This document shows, one piece after another, positions 33,584-44,698 of a stretch of 64,000 nucleotides of DNA (position 1 is the first letter of the stretch; each line of letters opens with the position of its first letter). The notes beneath the pieces are model-generated. The model worked only from the letters and a program-made list of their open reading frames with translations. It was not told the DNA's origin and did no database searches. Location: contig CBFFSA010000001.1 of the NCBI GenBank assembly GCA_965644495.1, positions 310,001 to 374,000 of the forward strand. The letters are read 5' to 3'. The DNA comes from Perkinsela sp. CCAP 1560/9. Lineage: Eukaryota > Protista > Euglenozoa: Kinetoplastea. Both the position numbers and the translations under genes were made by a program.

Positions 33584-34086
33584 GGAATATTAGTTCCGTT
33601 ACAGGGTGATTATCTACCGAAAACGGTGCATGGCAACACAGGTACTAACTCCACTGGGAAAATCAATGTGGCACATAAGATTACGAAAACCCAGCTCCAT
33701 TATCCGGTAAATGTCTGGAGTTCTCCGTAGTTCACGGATTCTCACGGATTATCAAGAAAAAGCAGGATAGTGTCCTGTAAAAGCGTTGTGCATTTTTCCC
33801 ATTCCTTGGGGATATTTTCTAAAACACGGACGACGTACACATTTATCGCACGTACAAAGTAAGTAAAGGGAACTGTGTGTCAAAAAGATAGGCGGCATCT
33901 GGCCCAATTACCCTGACCTTATAGGAAAGGCCGATTGACAAAATTATAGTCGGAAACTTCTAAACGACTCTTTATTACAAAAATATGACCATTTTTTTGA
34001 GGAGTATGCTAACTTTAAGCAGGGAAGAATGTATCCACTTTCTATACGCTAAGTGTCTTGGTCCCTGAATCGTTTGTAAATTTTTT

Positions 34087-35346
34087 ATGGTGATCTTTCT
34101 TTTACCTTCTGATTCTTTTACAACTTCATGTCATAAGTATCAAGAGCTCCTCGGACATTCGCAGCATTTTCTCCCAATGCCCGATTTGCGTAGCAAGAAA
34201 GACGAAGATATTACCACGGATTCAGAATTCAAAAGAAGTCCGGCATCAAAACACAAAGACAAGAAATTCGTAAGTTCGGATGGGCAAATAAGAGAAGAAA
34301 GCCTTCGCATAGTGCCGTACAAATTCCGCTCTGCGGCGTTCCGCAAGTTGCATGACGACATTAAAGATGTTCGACGTTCAATGGAGAAGAAAGGGATCCT
34401 CCCGGAGCTCGTAGGACAAGGCTCCTCCGGCTCATATTTTTGTCGTGCGACATGTAACGGGCCCATGGTGGGCATTTTTAAACCAAGAGACGAAGAACCA
34501 TATGGACCGCACAATCCCAAGGTTCGAAAAGCAATTCAGAGAGCGTTGTTTCCGTGTTGTTTTGGACGCGCATGTCTGCTACAAAATCAAGGGTATATCA
34601 GCGAAGCAAGTGCGAGTGTTGTGGATCATATGCTTCAACTGCATATAGTGCCTGAGACGGTCGTAACGTCGTTTGCTTCGCCCGCGTTCAATTATAAGGG
34701 AATTGTCACTGCTCTTGCTCGATGTCACTTGGGAATGTTGCCTCGAAAAGTGGGCAGCTTTCAGAAGTTTGTGCATGATGCCAAACCTGCATCTTCTTTT
34801 ACGGAAATCGAGTTTCAAAAATTCATGCAAGACAAAGATTTCATTGTACAGTTTCAGAAGCTTACCATTCTTGACTACCTGATAAGAAATACGGACCGTG
34901 GTTTAGATAATTTTCTTATTCACTTTGGTGCATTTGAAAAACCGCTTCTTTCCGCAATTGACAACGGCCTCTCATTCCCTTTCAAGCATCCGGATACTTT
35001 TCGCGTCTATCCGTACGGTTGGTCGAACCTAAGTGCTTGTCATCAACCCTATGACAAAGAGTTAGCCGATATCGTACTCCCGCTACTTACGAGCTTTGAG
35101 TGGCGGCGTAGACTCAAGAAAGCGCTCCGACGAATCATGAGGCAAGATCCCCTTTTCAAAAAGCGTGCTTTTCGAGACCAGATGGCTGTTATTAGAGGAC
35201 AAATTGCCAATCTAGTTGATGTATTGGAAAACCAATTTTCTCCTTTCGATCTTGTCAACATGCCACCTTACGCAATTTATGAAGAACCTAAAAGTGGCGT
35301 CGAAATACTTCGGATTCGTGCAAAACTTGCATGCTGCCCGTGCTGA
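34087..35346 (+). CDS. PI4K2: Phosphatidylinositol 4-kinase type II (Lsb6-like)
   Basis: QGSSGSYF, FKPRDEEPYG, CC palmitoylation motif, KVGSFQ, DYLIRNTDRGLDN and IDNGLSFPFKHPD. Confidence 0.93.
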   Translation: MVIFLLPSDSFTTSCHKYQELLGHSQHFLPMPDLRSKKDEDITTDSEFKRSPASKHKDKKFVSSDGQIREESLRIVPYKFRSAAFRKLHDDIKDVRRSMEKKGILPELVGQGSSGSYFCRATCNGPMVGIFKPRDEEPYGPHNPKVRKAIQRALFPCCFGRACLLQNQGYISEASASVVDHMLQLHIVPETVVTSFASPAFNYKGIVTALARCHLGMLPRKVGSFQKFVHDAKPASSFTEIEFQKFMQDKDFIVQFQKLTILDYLIRNTDRGLDNFLIHFGAFEKPLLSAIDNGLSFPFKHPDTFRVYPYGWSNLSACHQPYDKELADIVLPLLTSFEWRRRLKKALRRIMRQDPLFKKRAFRDQMAVIRGQIANLVDVLENQFSPFDLVNMPPYAIYEEPKSGVEILRIRAKLACCPC

Positions 35347-35875
35347 TAATTCATTTTCTGTTTTAAGACGCTGCGATTTACAAGATGACTGTTTCAATGG
35401 CTTTGAGTAGGGGTCAATGGTAGCTCAAGAGAACCCCAAGTTTCCGGAGCGCAAGGTGCAAAGAAACCTGAAGTTACTATCCTAAGAAGAAACACCAAAC
35501 TTTCGCTGACAACAGAATTACATAATCTGACAACCGCTGCAAACGTTGAAGGCTTACTCGTGCTTCGACTCCGGTGTGGAACATTCCTTTTTGGACTTCT
35601 TCTACATTCATCTTGTGCATGCATCTAATTAACGTGAATACCTTGTATCTCGTAAGTCGAGTATGCCTATCAGAGCTCACTCGCAGAAATATATACGCCT
35701 AGTTAAATAATATGAAAAGTAGTACGATATATTTCGTCACAAAAGTTTCCTGTTTACTTCGCAGTTCAGATTCTAACAATATCGCAATACCGTAGTACTT
35801 TAATATTTTTGATCTACGTCATTTCATGATCATCGCACTCGGCACATAGCACTACGTCTACGAGCCACTCCCAAA

Positions 35876-37732
35876 ATGCATTTATGGACCCCACTCCTTC
35901 TCCACTTTCTCTTCACGGTCAGCCCACCACGTCTCCTTACGCAGCCCCTCTCCCTTCCCCACGTCCACACCCTGGACTGCAGTCTCCCCCTCTGTCACCC
36001 CCCAGCGGGGGTGTCCCGACTTTTCTGCACCCTGTTCCGTCCTCTCTTTCGCTACTTTGGTCTCCCATGGTGTCAACACCCTCGACCCCCGGTTCGTGAC
36101 TTCCGTCGACGCTCCCATAGTGCTGACGCCGTCCCTTCCCGAACAAAAGGACACGCGTCGCCCTTGTTTCCTCCTCAGCAAGCAGCATCCCATCCGGACG
36201 ACCATAACCCGTTCACTACTTCACGTCCTTTTCCCCCTGGCGCAATGCCCTCCTCTTCCACCCTCTCCGGCCCTCTCACGAAGGTGGGTCTCTCCCCTAC
36301 CCCTTTAATTGCCAGTCTCCCCGATCTTCGTTCGTCCCTCTCTCGCCCGCTTCACCGCCTCTCCTCCTCTCATCTTCGGAAACGAGGAGCGCGAAAAAAA
36401 AAAGACAGGCGTCGCTGGCGCTCGCGTTCCATGACCGCGCTGGACGTGGAGCAAATCGCGGAGGCGCAAATTCGCCACGCCTCCCGGGAGAGTGGGATTG
36501 AGGATTTTGTGGCCTCCGCGGGGTCGTTGGCACAAAAACAGAGGCAGGGGCCGCGGCGTCCGCTGCCGATTGCACTCGCCCCCGAGGACCGGCACACCCA
36601 AAGTCGGTTTCCTCGACGTGTCCAGGCGTTGAATTTGACAACGATGGAGTCCGATATTGGGGGCGCGGGATGGCTTGTGGGGCAGCAGTCGCTGTTGGAG
36701 CGTGTGCGAGTGGCACTCTCACAGCCGGAGCAGTACCGTATTGTGCGAAGACACGGGAGTCGACAAACGGAGTACGTGTTGTGGACCTCAGAACGACCGT
36801 TGGCACGTTTTTTGACGTGGACCCCTCACTGTGATTATATTGCCTACTCCCGACGGATGCTACGGCATCGAGAAGAGAACAAGGAGGGGGAGGAGGAGGA
36901 GGAGGAGCACGATGATTCTCTGTCCTCTCCAATGCTTTCTCCTCAATCTCAGCCTCCGCATGAGGTTGTGCAACAGCTCCAGCGGAAGATACGCAACCAG
37001 GTGGCTCGATACGTGTTGGACTATGAGGGTAGTCTCTCTGTCCCGATAACAGTTCCCGTTGTGATTGAGGAACTTGGAATTGGTACGCTACAGGAATACA
37101 TTCCAGGGGATGTTCTCCCCTCCGATATGGACAGCTATGAAGAGCTTGAAAAGAGATTTTTTGGGTCGTTTCCTCCGACACTGGCTTCACCTCAGCCGAA
37201 ACATCAGATGGAAGAGATCTTCAGTTGTGAGTCCGCACAGTTCTTGTTCGTTCTTGATGCCCTGACAGGCATCACGAACCGAGATCCTCGTACGCTGCAA
37301 CACATCTACAAGGCAGCGGGGTCCGAATCTTACCCTTTGGCTAACGGGATAGGATCACGGCACAGCGGTTCACATGAATTCGTTATCGGATTCATCTCTT
37401 CCGACTTCGGACTGTGTTTCGACGGTATTTCCAACTTTCACCCTCTATTTTCTACTGCGACGTTCTATTCATCGTTTCCCCACATGCATACTCCGTTTTT
37501 GCCAAGAGTCCGTCGATATCTACAAAGTGCCCTTCCCTCCGCCATAGATACGCTGCGCTCTCACTTAGTAAACACAAAGGATCCTATGATGGAGACCTAC
37601 ATGGAAGATCTTCAGCACGCTGCGAAATGTCTTAGGGAGGGCGCGGAAAAAGAAATGACGCCCATTGAAATTATGCGCAAATGCTTAGCTACCGGAGTCG
37701 TTTCATCAACACTGAGTTTTCTTGGGTGGTAG
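35876..37732 (+). CDS. Divergent PI4K-II-like protein (probable pseudokinase) with a low-complexity N-terminus
   Basis: 'GTLQEYIPG', 'VLDALTGITNRD', 'SDFGLCF' and 'FPHMHTPF' align with PI4K-II subdomains. The true start is uncertain. Confidence 0.6.
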   Translation: MHLWTPLLLHFLFTVSPPRLLTQPLSLPHVHTLDCSLPLCHPPAGVSRLFCTLFRPLFRYFGLPWCQHPRPPVRDFRRRSHSADAVPSRTKGHASPLFPPQQAASHPDDHNPFTTSRPFPPGAMPSSSTLSGPLTKVGLSPTPLIASLPDLRSSLSRPLHRLSSSHLRKRGARKKKDRRRWRSRSMTALDVEQIAEAQIRHASRESGIEDFVASAGSLAQKQRQGPRRPLPIALAPEDRHTQSRFPRRVQALNLTTMESDIGGAGWLVGQQSLLERVRVALSQPEQYRIVRRHGSRQTEYVLWTSERPLARFLTWTPHCDYIAYSRRMLRHREENKEGEEEEEEHDDSLSSPMLSPQSQPPHEVVQQLQRKIRNQVARYVLDYEGSLSVPITVPVVIEELGIGTLQEYIPGDVLPSDMDSYEELEKRFFGSFPPTLASPQPKHQMEEIFSCESAQFLFVLDALTGITNRDPRTLQHIYKAAGSESYPLANGIGSRHSGSHEFVIGFISSDFGLCFDGISNFHPLFSTATFYSSFPHMHTPFLPRVRRYLQSALPSAIDTLRSHLVNTKDPMMETYMEDLQHAAKCLREGAEKEMTPIEIMRKCLATGVVSSTLSFLGW

Positions 37733-38388
37733 TCCAGGCCAGTGGAAGCTCCTTTTAAAAGCTTCTAAATTCTACCTCGTAAACTAGAATTTTGCGTAAC
37801 TTGTTTTCATAGACTTGCTTTACTAGTTTTTAGATTCTACTAGAGTATTTTATAGTTTTTTCTGAATTTTGTCATCCTATTGCGGTAGAGTATTAAACGT
37901 GTAAAGTGCTACGATTCTCCAGAATTTAACCTTTCACACGCCACACCTCTCCATCTTGTGCATGGTTGGTTCTATCATATGGATACTGGTTTGATCAACC
38001 CTGTCGACCGCAATCGGCATTATTCCCATTAACTTATTCAATCTTATCCATTTCGTTTCGCTTTTTTCTCTTCTCAACACATTCAAACGCAACGTGTTAC
38101 GCCCTATCACATAAAAAACATCCGCTTTCCTCTACAACCTATACCCTTCACTTTTCTACAACACGTCCAGCCACATTTCCAACGTAACCTTAAAAAAGTT
38201 AGCATAAAAAACAAAAGAAAAGAATTTAATCCTAAAAAACAGGCTTCACAGAAACCTTAAAACCTTACAAATAAAAATACAATAATATATAATACAATAA
38301 AAAAGAAACGACTTTACACGAACCTTCCTTTTTTTCACAACAACAAAACACTTCCTCTCCCCTTACCTACCCTCTCTCCCCCACCCCC

Positions 38389-39315
38389 ATGACCACCGCC
38401 CCCTCCCCCTACCCCACCTGGATGAACTTCCCCGCGGGCACCCTTGCCGGGGCCACCGCCTGGGCCCTCATCCACCCCCTCGACATCATCAAAGTCCATG
38501 TCCAGATGCGCGCGGAGGCCAAGGCCGACACGGGCCTGGCCTCCGTCGTGCGGGCTATCCTCAAGGAGCGCGGGCCCGCGGGGCTCTACGACGGGCTAAG
38601 CGCGGGGGTCTCGCGGCAGCTGGTGTACGCGACCGTGCGCCTGGGGGGCTACGATGTGTTCCGAGACGCCATCGTGCGCCGTCGTGCCGCGGAGGGGGGG
38701 GTGCCGGTGGCCACGTTCGGGGATCGCCTGGTGGCGGGGGCGCTGAGTGGGGGGTTTGCGGCCTACCTGAGTTGTCCGGTGGAGGTGGCGATGGTGCGGA
38801 TGCAGGCGGATGGGTCGGGACCGGCGGGGGAACGGAGGGGGTATGCGCATGTGGGGGATGCGTTGCGTCGGATTGCGACGGAGGAGGGGGTGAGGACGTA
38901 TTGGCGGGGGTCGACCCCGACGGTGGTGCGGGCCACCGCGGTGGGGGTGACCCAAGTGGGGTTTTATGATCAGTGTAAATCGTGGCTGGTTCAGAGTGGG
39001 TATTTCGCGCCGACCTCCGTGTCCACGTTTGTAACATCCTCCCTGATTACGGGGGTGGTTTATTCTTTTCTTACGATGCCGATTGAGACGGTGAAAATTC
39101 GTATGCAGAATCAAAAGCCACAGGCGGACGGTTCGCTGCGTTATCGTAATATGGCACAGGCGTTAGGGAATGTTGCCCGTGTGGAGGGCGTTTCTTCCCT
39201 TTGGCGAGGCTATGTTCCGTATTACACTCGTTGTGGTTTACATACATTGAGCTGCTTTTTTGTTTTGGAGCAATGTAAAGCGTTTTTGACCTGGAGTTAT
39301 GCCCCGAAAATGTAG
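38389..39315 (+). CDS. Mitochondrial carrier, 2-oxoglutarate/malate or dicarboxylate-tricarboxylate type
   Basis: Three Px[DE]xx[KR]-like signatures; 'GLSAGVSRQLVYATVRLG', 'VRMQADG' and 'RRGY...ALRRIATEEG'. Confidence 0.92.
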   Translation: MTTAPSPYPTWMNFPAGTLAGATAWALIHPLDIIKVHVQMRAEAKADTGLASVVRAILKERGPAGLYDGLSAGVSRQLVYATVRLGGYDVFRDAIVRRRAAEGGVPVATFGDRLVAGALSGGFAAYLSCPVEVAMVRMQADGSGPAGERRGYAHVGDALRRIATEEGVRTYWRGSTPTVVRATAVGVTQVGFYDQCKSWLVQSGYFAPTSVSTFVTSSLITGVVYSFLTMPIETVKIRMQNQKPQADGSLRYRNMAQALGNVARVEGVSSLWRGYVPYYTRCGLHTLSCFFVLEQCKAFLTWSYAPKM

Positions 39316-39636
39316 AACGTTCGCGCAAGGGTAGTCATGTAGAAGGAATCATACGTACACATACGAATGTGTATTTTTCTTAACGTTTTTTTATAACACG
39401 TAGTGCTTGCAGATTCATGAATATTCTGTTTCATGCATATTTTTCCTCTTGTCTTTATTTCGTAGACTATATTTTCTTTGTTTCGCAACAAACCCTGTGT
39501 TAAGCCAATGCGCTAGGAACGCACCGATTATTCGCTGGAGAATAGAAAGATAGTAGTGGGTATTATAATCAGTATTTTGAGACGATTTTTTCAGTGATCA
39601 GAAATAGACGATTTTTATAATGTATGTGCTTGTGTA

Positions 39637-41613
39637 ATGAACTACGTTATCATAAGGCCATCGGGCTTGTGTACTTTCTTGGGGACTACATCCATTATTT
39701 CTTTATCAAGAACCACATTTCGTATCGTTCCCTTATCTTACATCCATTATTATCATTGTGATAGTGTACTAAAAGGAAGTGCAATGCATGTTTCACCGAA
39801 ACTTGTTGTTGCGTATTATTGCATGAGTATTATTCTACTTGGTATTTTTACTTCGTATTTTCTGTTCCATTGGTGCGTTTGTGACACACTACTATTGGTG
39901 GCATGTTGGCTTCCTCTTTCCAGCAGAAGAAACTTTATAAATTATCGCCGTGAAAAAAGGCTGTTCGGTCACTGCAGCTTCTTTTTCATGAAAGAGAACG
40001 CTACTCCGGCTCTCATACTTTTGCTTGACGTAGTAAAACAGAGTAGCGTCGAATGCTTCATATCTAAACTTGGTTCGAATGCAGCACAAACGACTTTGTG
40101 TGATGAAATAAAGAGATGTGCATTTCTTTCTATGACTCCAGAAAAGGGCATTGATGAAGCCACTGAAAAGGTTATTTTAGCTATATTATTACGTGTTGTA
40201 GCATACAGGAGCATTACGAAACAGAGAATGGCGGGTATCAAGGCAATGGAAAGTGTGTTATCACCAAATTTGTTGCCAGCTATGGCTTCAATGCTTTATC
40301 ACATGTCGCAGCATAGCGAAATTTACATAGTATTGAGTAGCGTCTACGCTAGCAATGCGATGTATCTGCATTTTTTGGAGCACTACAGCGTAAGTTGGTT
40401 CGAAGATGTAACAGCTTTGGTGCATAGGTTGCAGAAAAAAGAAATTCAGACCAAACCGTTTGGTATGAATGAAGTTACTAAACTTGTTAAACAGACACAA
40501 TGTTTAGTTTTTTCCCTTCGAGGTCTTTATGCGACATGTCCTATGATAGTGCCGTTCATGAAGGTTTCTTTCGTGCTTCAAGGGCTTGCCTTGTTGATTG
40601 ATATAGTACTGCCCCAACTCTTACACTTGGCAACACACAATTCCAAGATAGGATATCGAAGAGCTTCCATACAACGACTATTGTCTTCCATCTTTAATGA
40701 CGCTCTTGAAACCTCATGTGGGGTTTCTTGTTTTGCTTTTTCTCAGTTGAAGACCGAGTTGGTCGAATTTGTGGATAGTAGAGTCTCTCGCATGTTGCGT
40801 TTGACGTGTAACAGTTCTTGCGCACACTTTCTCCGACAACATCCTGAAATGAAATTTGGTACGTGGCTAAGACAATTGCGTCACATTCAACCTGTTTCCA
40901 ATGCTGCCCTCGACAATGCTATTGCTATCGAGCATGTCATGATCGATGGTGTGCCTCATTACTCGCCACATGTATTTGCTTCTTTAATTACGGCTTTGTC
41001 GCACCACACAAAGACGTTCAAGTCCGATCGCCAGGACGTATTCGCCGCCACTGTCCTCGGTGCTCTTCTTCCTTCTGAAAAAATTGTGCAACAACCAATT
41101 ACCGAGTTTTCGGATCGTGTTGAGCAAATTCTTGAGATATTTCCTAAGTGGCCGGGAGATTTTGCGAGATATGCGCTTGAGCATTACAAAGGAAATGTTG
41201 AACTTCTCGTTGAAGATGCTTTACAGGAAAACTTGCCGACATCCCTTTCGGAAAGTCTAGAAATATCTAAACTAGCTTTGGAAGTAAGGAAAGGAATAGA
41301 CACAGATATTCACAATAAGCCAAATCATCCACCCGATTTCTGTGGAATTATCGGTTCAAAGATTTCCGTTCAATTACCTCACGTAGAGAGCTCAAGTACA
41401 TACGACTTATTTAAAGGGCCAAACTGCCATGAAAGTGGTGACTCTGATTTTCTTGCTGTTAATGTGAGTGCGAAATTCATGACCCCATCTACAGAAGAAA
41501 CTTGTGACGACGAGCCCGAGGATAGCGATGAATCAGCGTATTCGTTTCGCGTGGCAGAAATTGCGTCTCTTGAAACTGACTCATCGGATAATGATCAGAG
41601 TTCTATTTTTTGA
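39637..41613 (+). CDS. CUE-domain protein, ASCC2-like
   Basis: CUE domain 'VEQILEIFPKWPGDFARYALEHYKGNVELLVEDALQENLP' followed by 'CDDEPEDS'. The real start may be downstream, at about 39988. Confidence 0.7.
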   Translation: MNYVIIRPSGLCTFLGTTSIISLSRTTFRIVPLSYIHYYHCDSVLKGSAMHVSPKLVVAYYCMSIILLGIFTSYFLFHWCVCDTLLLVACWLPLSSRRNFINYRREKRLFGHCSFFFMKENATPALILLLDVVKQSSVECFISKLGSNAAQTTLCDEIKRCAFLSMTPEKGIDEATEKVILAILLRVVAYRSITKQRMAGIKAMESVLSPNLLPAMASMLYHMSQHSEIYIVLSSVYASNAMYLHFLEHYSVSWFEDVTALVHRLQKKEIQTKPFGMNEVTKLVKQTQCLVFSLRGLYATCPMIVPFMKVSFVLQGLALLIDIVLPQLLHLATHNSKIGYRRASIQRLLSSIFNDALETSCGVSCFAFSQLKTELVEFVDSRVSRMLRLTCNSSCAHFLRQHPEMKFGTWLRQLRHIQPVSNAALDNAIAIEHVMIDGVPHYSPHVFASLITALSHHTKTFKSDRQDVFAATVLGALLPSEKIVQQPITEFSDRVEQILEIFPKWPGDFARYALEHYKGNVELLVEDALQENLPTSLSESLEISKLALEVRKGIDTDIHNKPNHPPDFCGIIGSKISVQLPHVESSSTYDLFKGPNCHESGDSDFLAVNVSAKFMTPSTEETCDDEPEDSDESAYSFRVAEIASLETDSSDNDQSSIF

Positions 41614-41624
41614 TGCTCATTCTA

Positions 41625-42195
41625 CGGGGGGGATCAGCTAATGCTGGGAAGGGTCTAAAATTTGTAAAACTTGGCCAATTTTGGAAAATAATAGCGCATT
41701 CCAGAGCTCACACACAGCCCTCCTGTGGAGGATATGTCGTTGTGCATAAAATCAACAGTTTTATAAAATGGTGGGAGGGTTAAAAACGTCGATTGCAAGT
41801 TTTTTAAGAAATTCTGACGTTTTTTTCCCGAAACGTAAAACCAAACTTAGTACTCACAGTGACGCCCGTTCCTCTCTATAGCAATATTTATGTACCCTGG
41901 GGTGAGAAACGGCTCTCCGGCAATTTCTCCCGAAGTGAAAGTGAAGATACTCGTCTTTGAGGCATGAATGATGAAAACAGGAGAAATCTCAAAAGAAATC
42001 GAAAAAATAGCAAAAAATGCAAGTCGAAAAAACGTATTTTCACTTTAAAATGCGTCGTGTATAAAAGCACGGGAAACGATATATCCTCCACAGGAGGGCT
42101 GTGTGAGAGCTCTCGAATGTGCTATTATTTTCCAAAAATTGACCAAGTTTTACAAATTTTAGACCCTTCCCCCCAGCATTAGTTGATCCCCCCTG
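41625..42195 (-). mobile_element. Non-autonomous Tc1-like element (571 bp)
   Basis: About 120-bp TIRs related to those of the 17949 element; TA at 41623-24 and 42196-97. It retains the transposase start 'MPQRRVSSLSLREKLPESRFSPQG'. Confidence 0.92.
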
Positions 42196-42404
42196 TATAT
42201 TTTCTTTATGCGCAGGAAATACTGTACACTTTAGTTTCTTCTAGTATGCCGTAGTATCCCTAGCACCTACCACATAGCCTTCGTGTAATAAAACGTGAAA
42301 ATAAAATTAAAAAATAAACTTGATACCATAGAAAAGTGGCTACTAGCAGTGTAATTGCTCTCATATTGCAAGAGTTGTGATTGCGGGACAGATAGATAAG
42401 GAAA

Positions 42405-43271
42405 ATGGCTCTCGTAAAGTTTAACACGCTGGTAAAGTTTAACACTCTGGTAAAGTTTATTTTTTGCAGCATACAAGAATTAATCTTTTTTGGTGGTGCA
42501 ATGTCAAAATCTGTGTCTTGGAAGTATTCTTACATGCATCAGGCCTTATTTGTGTGGTTCTCACTTTTCTTCTGCGCCGACGAAGTTGGATACGTGAATC
42601 GAGCAGCCAAAGTCGATGCTAGATTATTTCCGCAAGATACGAAGCTATGGAAATTTATTGAAAACTGGAAAACCCAACCCAAAGGATGGGTTCTACCGAA
42701 CGCAAAGCAACGAAGCGCTGCTTCTGTTTGTTCATGGGAGGGAATATTATGTGATTCATCGGGTATTGTCCGTACCTTGGATTGTACCGATAAGGGTCTT
42801 GAAGGAAATATCACACTTGTATACCTTCCTGACAGTTTGCGTCAGCTGCACATCGGTCGAAACAAATTTACAGGGATATTAGACGTAGCTGATTTACCCC
42901 CTCTCATTAGTTCCTTTTCTTCACATTATAACTTACATTACGGCGGAATTGATCTTTCTCTTCTACCTCCCCCAACAGAGACGCTGCGTCTTCAAAATAA
43001 TAAATTATCTGGCTCACTCATCTTTTCTTCCCTTCCAAAACTTATTAGAAAGATAGATTTGAGTCGTAATTGCTTTAGCGGCTTACTTTCTTTGGAACAT
43101 CTTCCACAGTCTCTCCGATACTTATATCTGGCGCATAATAATTTTTCTGGACGAATAGTCTTTGGAAAATGGTTTCAAAATGCCGATATTTCCGTTACTT
43201 TGGAGGGAAATCAGTTAAGATGTAATTCGGCACCTGATGGAGTCTTCTTTGGTACGCAGCAAGAGTCTTGA
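42405..43271 (+). CDS. Leucine-rich repeat protein, possibly secreted
   Basis: 'CSWEGILCD' cap and LPxxLxxLxLxxNxFSG repeats; hydrophobic leader if translation starts at about 42501-42534. Confidence 0.88.
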   Translation: MALVKFNTLVKFNTLVKFIFCSIQELIFFGGAMSKSVSWKYSYMHQALFVWFSLFFCADEVGYVNRAAKVDARLFPQDTKLWKFIENWKTQPKGWVLPNAKQRSAASVCSWEGILCDSSGIVRTLDCTDKGLEGNITLVYLPDSLRQLHIGRNKFTGILDVADLPPLISSFSSHYNLHYGGIDLSLLPPPTETLRLQNNKLSGSLIFSSLPKLIRKIDLSRNCFSGLLSLEHLPQSLRYLYLAHNNFSGRIVFGKWFQNADISVTLEGNQLRCNSAPDGVFFGTQQES

Positions 43272-43553
43272 CTATTGAATCATAATTCTATATTGGATTG
43301 AAAGGTGGTGCAAAGTGTCTTACTGTTTGTCTCTTACCCTTTTCTTTCTTTAATTAAGATCCACCAGAACTCTTGTTCTTCGAAAAATTAAAGTTTTATA
43401 GCGCAAAGCAGCTTAGAATTTCGAAATCAGTTGAATGCCAAAGAAATTAAGTCCAAAAACAACTAGCTCTCACGGTACAAATTTTAGCCCTCCCCCGGAA
43501 ATTGGACCCCCATGCATATTTCAACGGGTAAAATTTAAGCTTATTATTATTTC

Positions 43554-44303
43554 ATGGGTTTGCGATACTTGGCCAAAGTCATCTTTGCCAATAGTTGTAC
43601 GATTCAACAGCTTTCTTTACTCATGGCTGATTCAGATGTGGTTCGAAGCGGTAAAGTACGCGGTACAACTGTTCCTGTAGAATACGAATTGTCTCGGCTA
43701 GTTTCAAATATCTCAAATCCACACAAGAGTTGGACAACTCACAATACAGTCGAGAAATGGCAGGGTGTAATTTTCGACAATGAAATAAACGCTGTACACT
43801 CTATACGATGGGGTCGTGATCCAAAAACAAATCCTTTTTACTTCACTCCAGAATATTGTGGATCTATTCTTTGGGAATATTTATCGGAAGGTCTCGTGCT
43901 TTTTGATGTGGCGTTCAACGCCCTAGAAGGGCACGTCCCTTTGGCTAAACTTCCTTCTACTTTGCAACGAATGTACGTTCAGGTAAACAAACATATAGGT
44001 CCTATTGATCTGCAGAATCTCCCATGCTTCCTAACGGAGCTGAATTTGAGCTTTAACGACTTTTCTGGTTCTGTTGCCTTTAATCGCCTTCCTCAAAGCC
44101 TGGAAATTCTCCTACTTCATTCAAATAGTTTTCACGGGTCTCTTGATCTGACCCACCTCCCTCCTTCCCTTCGTTTTTTGAATTTGGAGGACAACTGTTT
44201 CGAAGGAGATGTTGATCTTTCTCTTTTGAACGACAAACTTGATTTACGTCTTCCGCGGAATAAAGATCTGAGAGCGCATGGCCTGCGCTGTCAGCCCCAA
44301 TAA
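43554..44303 (+). CDS. Leucine-rich repeat protein
   Basis: 'SW...KWQGV' cap and LPxSLxxLxLxxNxFxGxxDL repeats. Confidence 0.88.
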   Translation: MGLRYLAKVIFANSCTIQQLSLLMADSDVVRSGKVRGTTVPVEYELSRLVSNISNPHKSWTTHNTVEKWQGVIFDNEINAVHSIRWGRDPKTNPFYFTPEYCGSILWEYLSEGLVLFDVAFNALEGHVPLAKLPSTLQRMYVQVNKHIGPIDLQNLPCFLTELNLSFNDFSGSVAFNRLPQSLEILLLHSNSFHGSLDLTHLPPSLRFLNLEDNCFEGDVDLSLLNDKLDLRLPRNKDLRAHGLRCQPQ

Positions 44304-44698
44304 TAGCATGCGTTATAAGCGATAAATTGCGGTGGTTGCATGACTATCGCTCCACTCTCGATTGTAAGAATTGCCGGTATTTTATGGAAAATAAACCCCA
44401 AAATCCACTAAGTTCCAAAAATACACTAACTAAAATAATTCCTTATAATTTAGTTCCTTGTACCATGTTATGATCAGGGTTCGACTTTCCGGTGGAATAC
44501 GCTGATTTGGGAGAGAGGAAGCCCGATATCTCTTGACCATTAAGGAAAAAACTGAAAAAATGGATTTCTTTAGGGTGGACAAAAAGAAATCGGGGTTTTC
44601 GACAAAACTTTTAATGTCTCTGAAGAAAAAAGGTCGCTCTAGTGAAAAGAATATCGGATTCGAGACGATTGGTTAGAAAAACAGTCACATACCAAATA

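Noticed and set aside
33598-33620. TA|CAGGGTG mariner-like terminus (similar isolated ends at about 43471 and 44475)
   Set aside because: No matching opposite end or second copy was found in the window.
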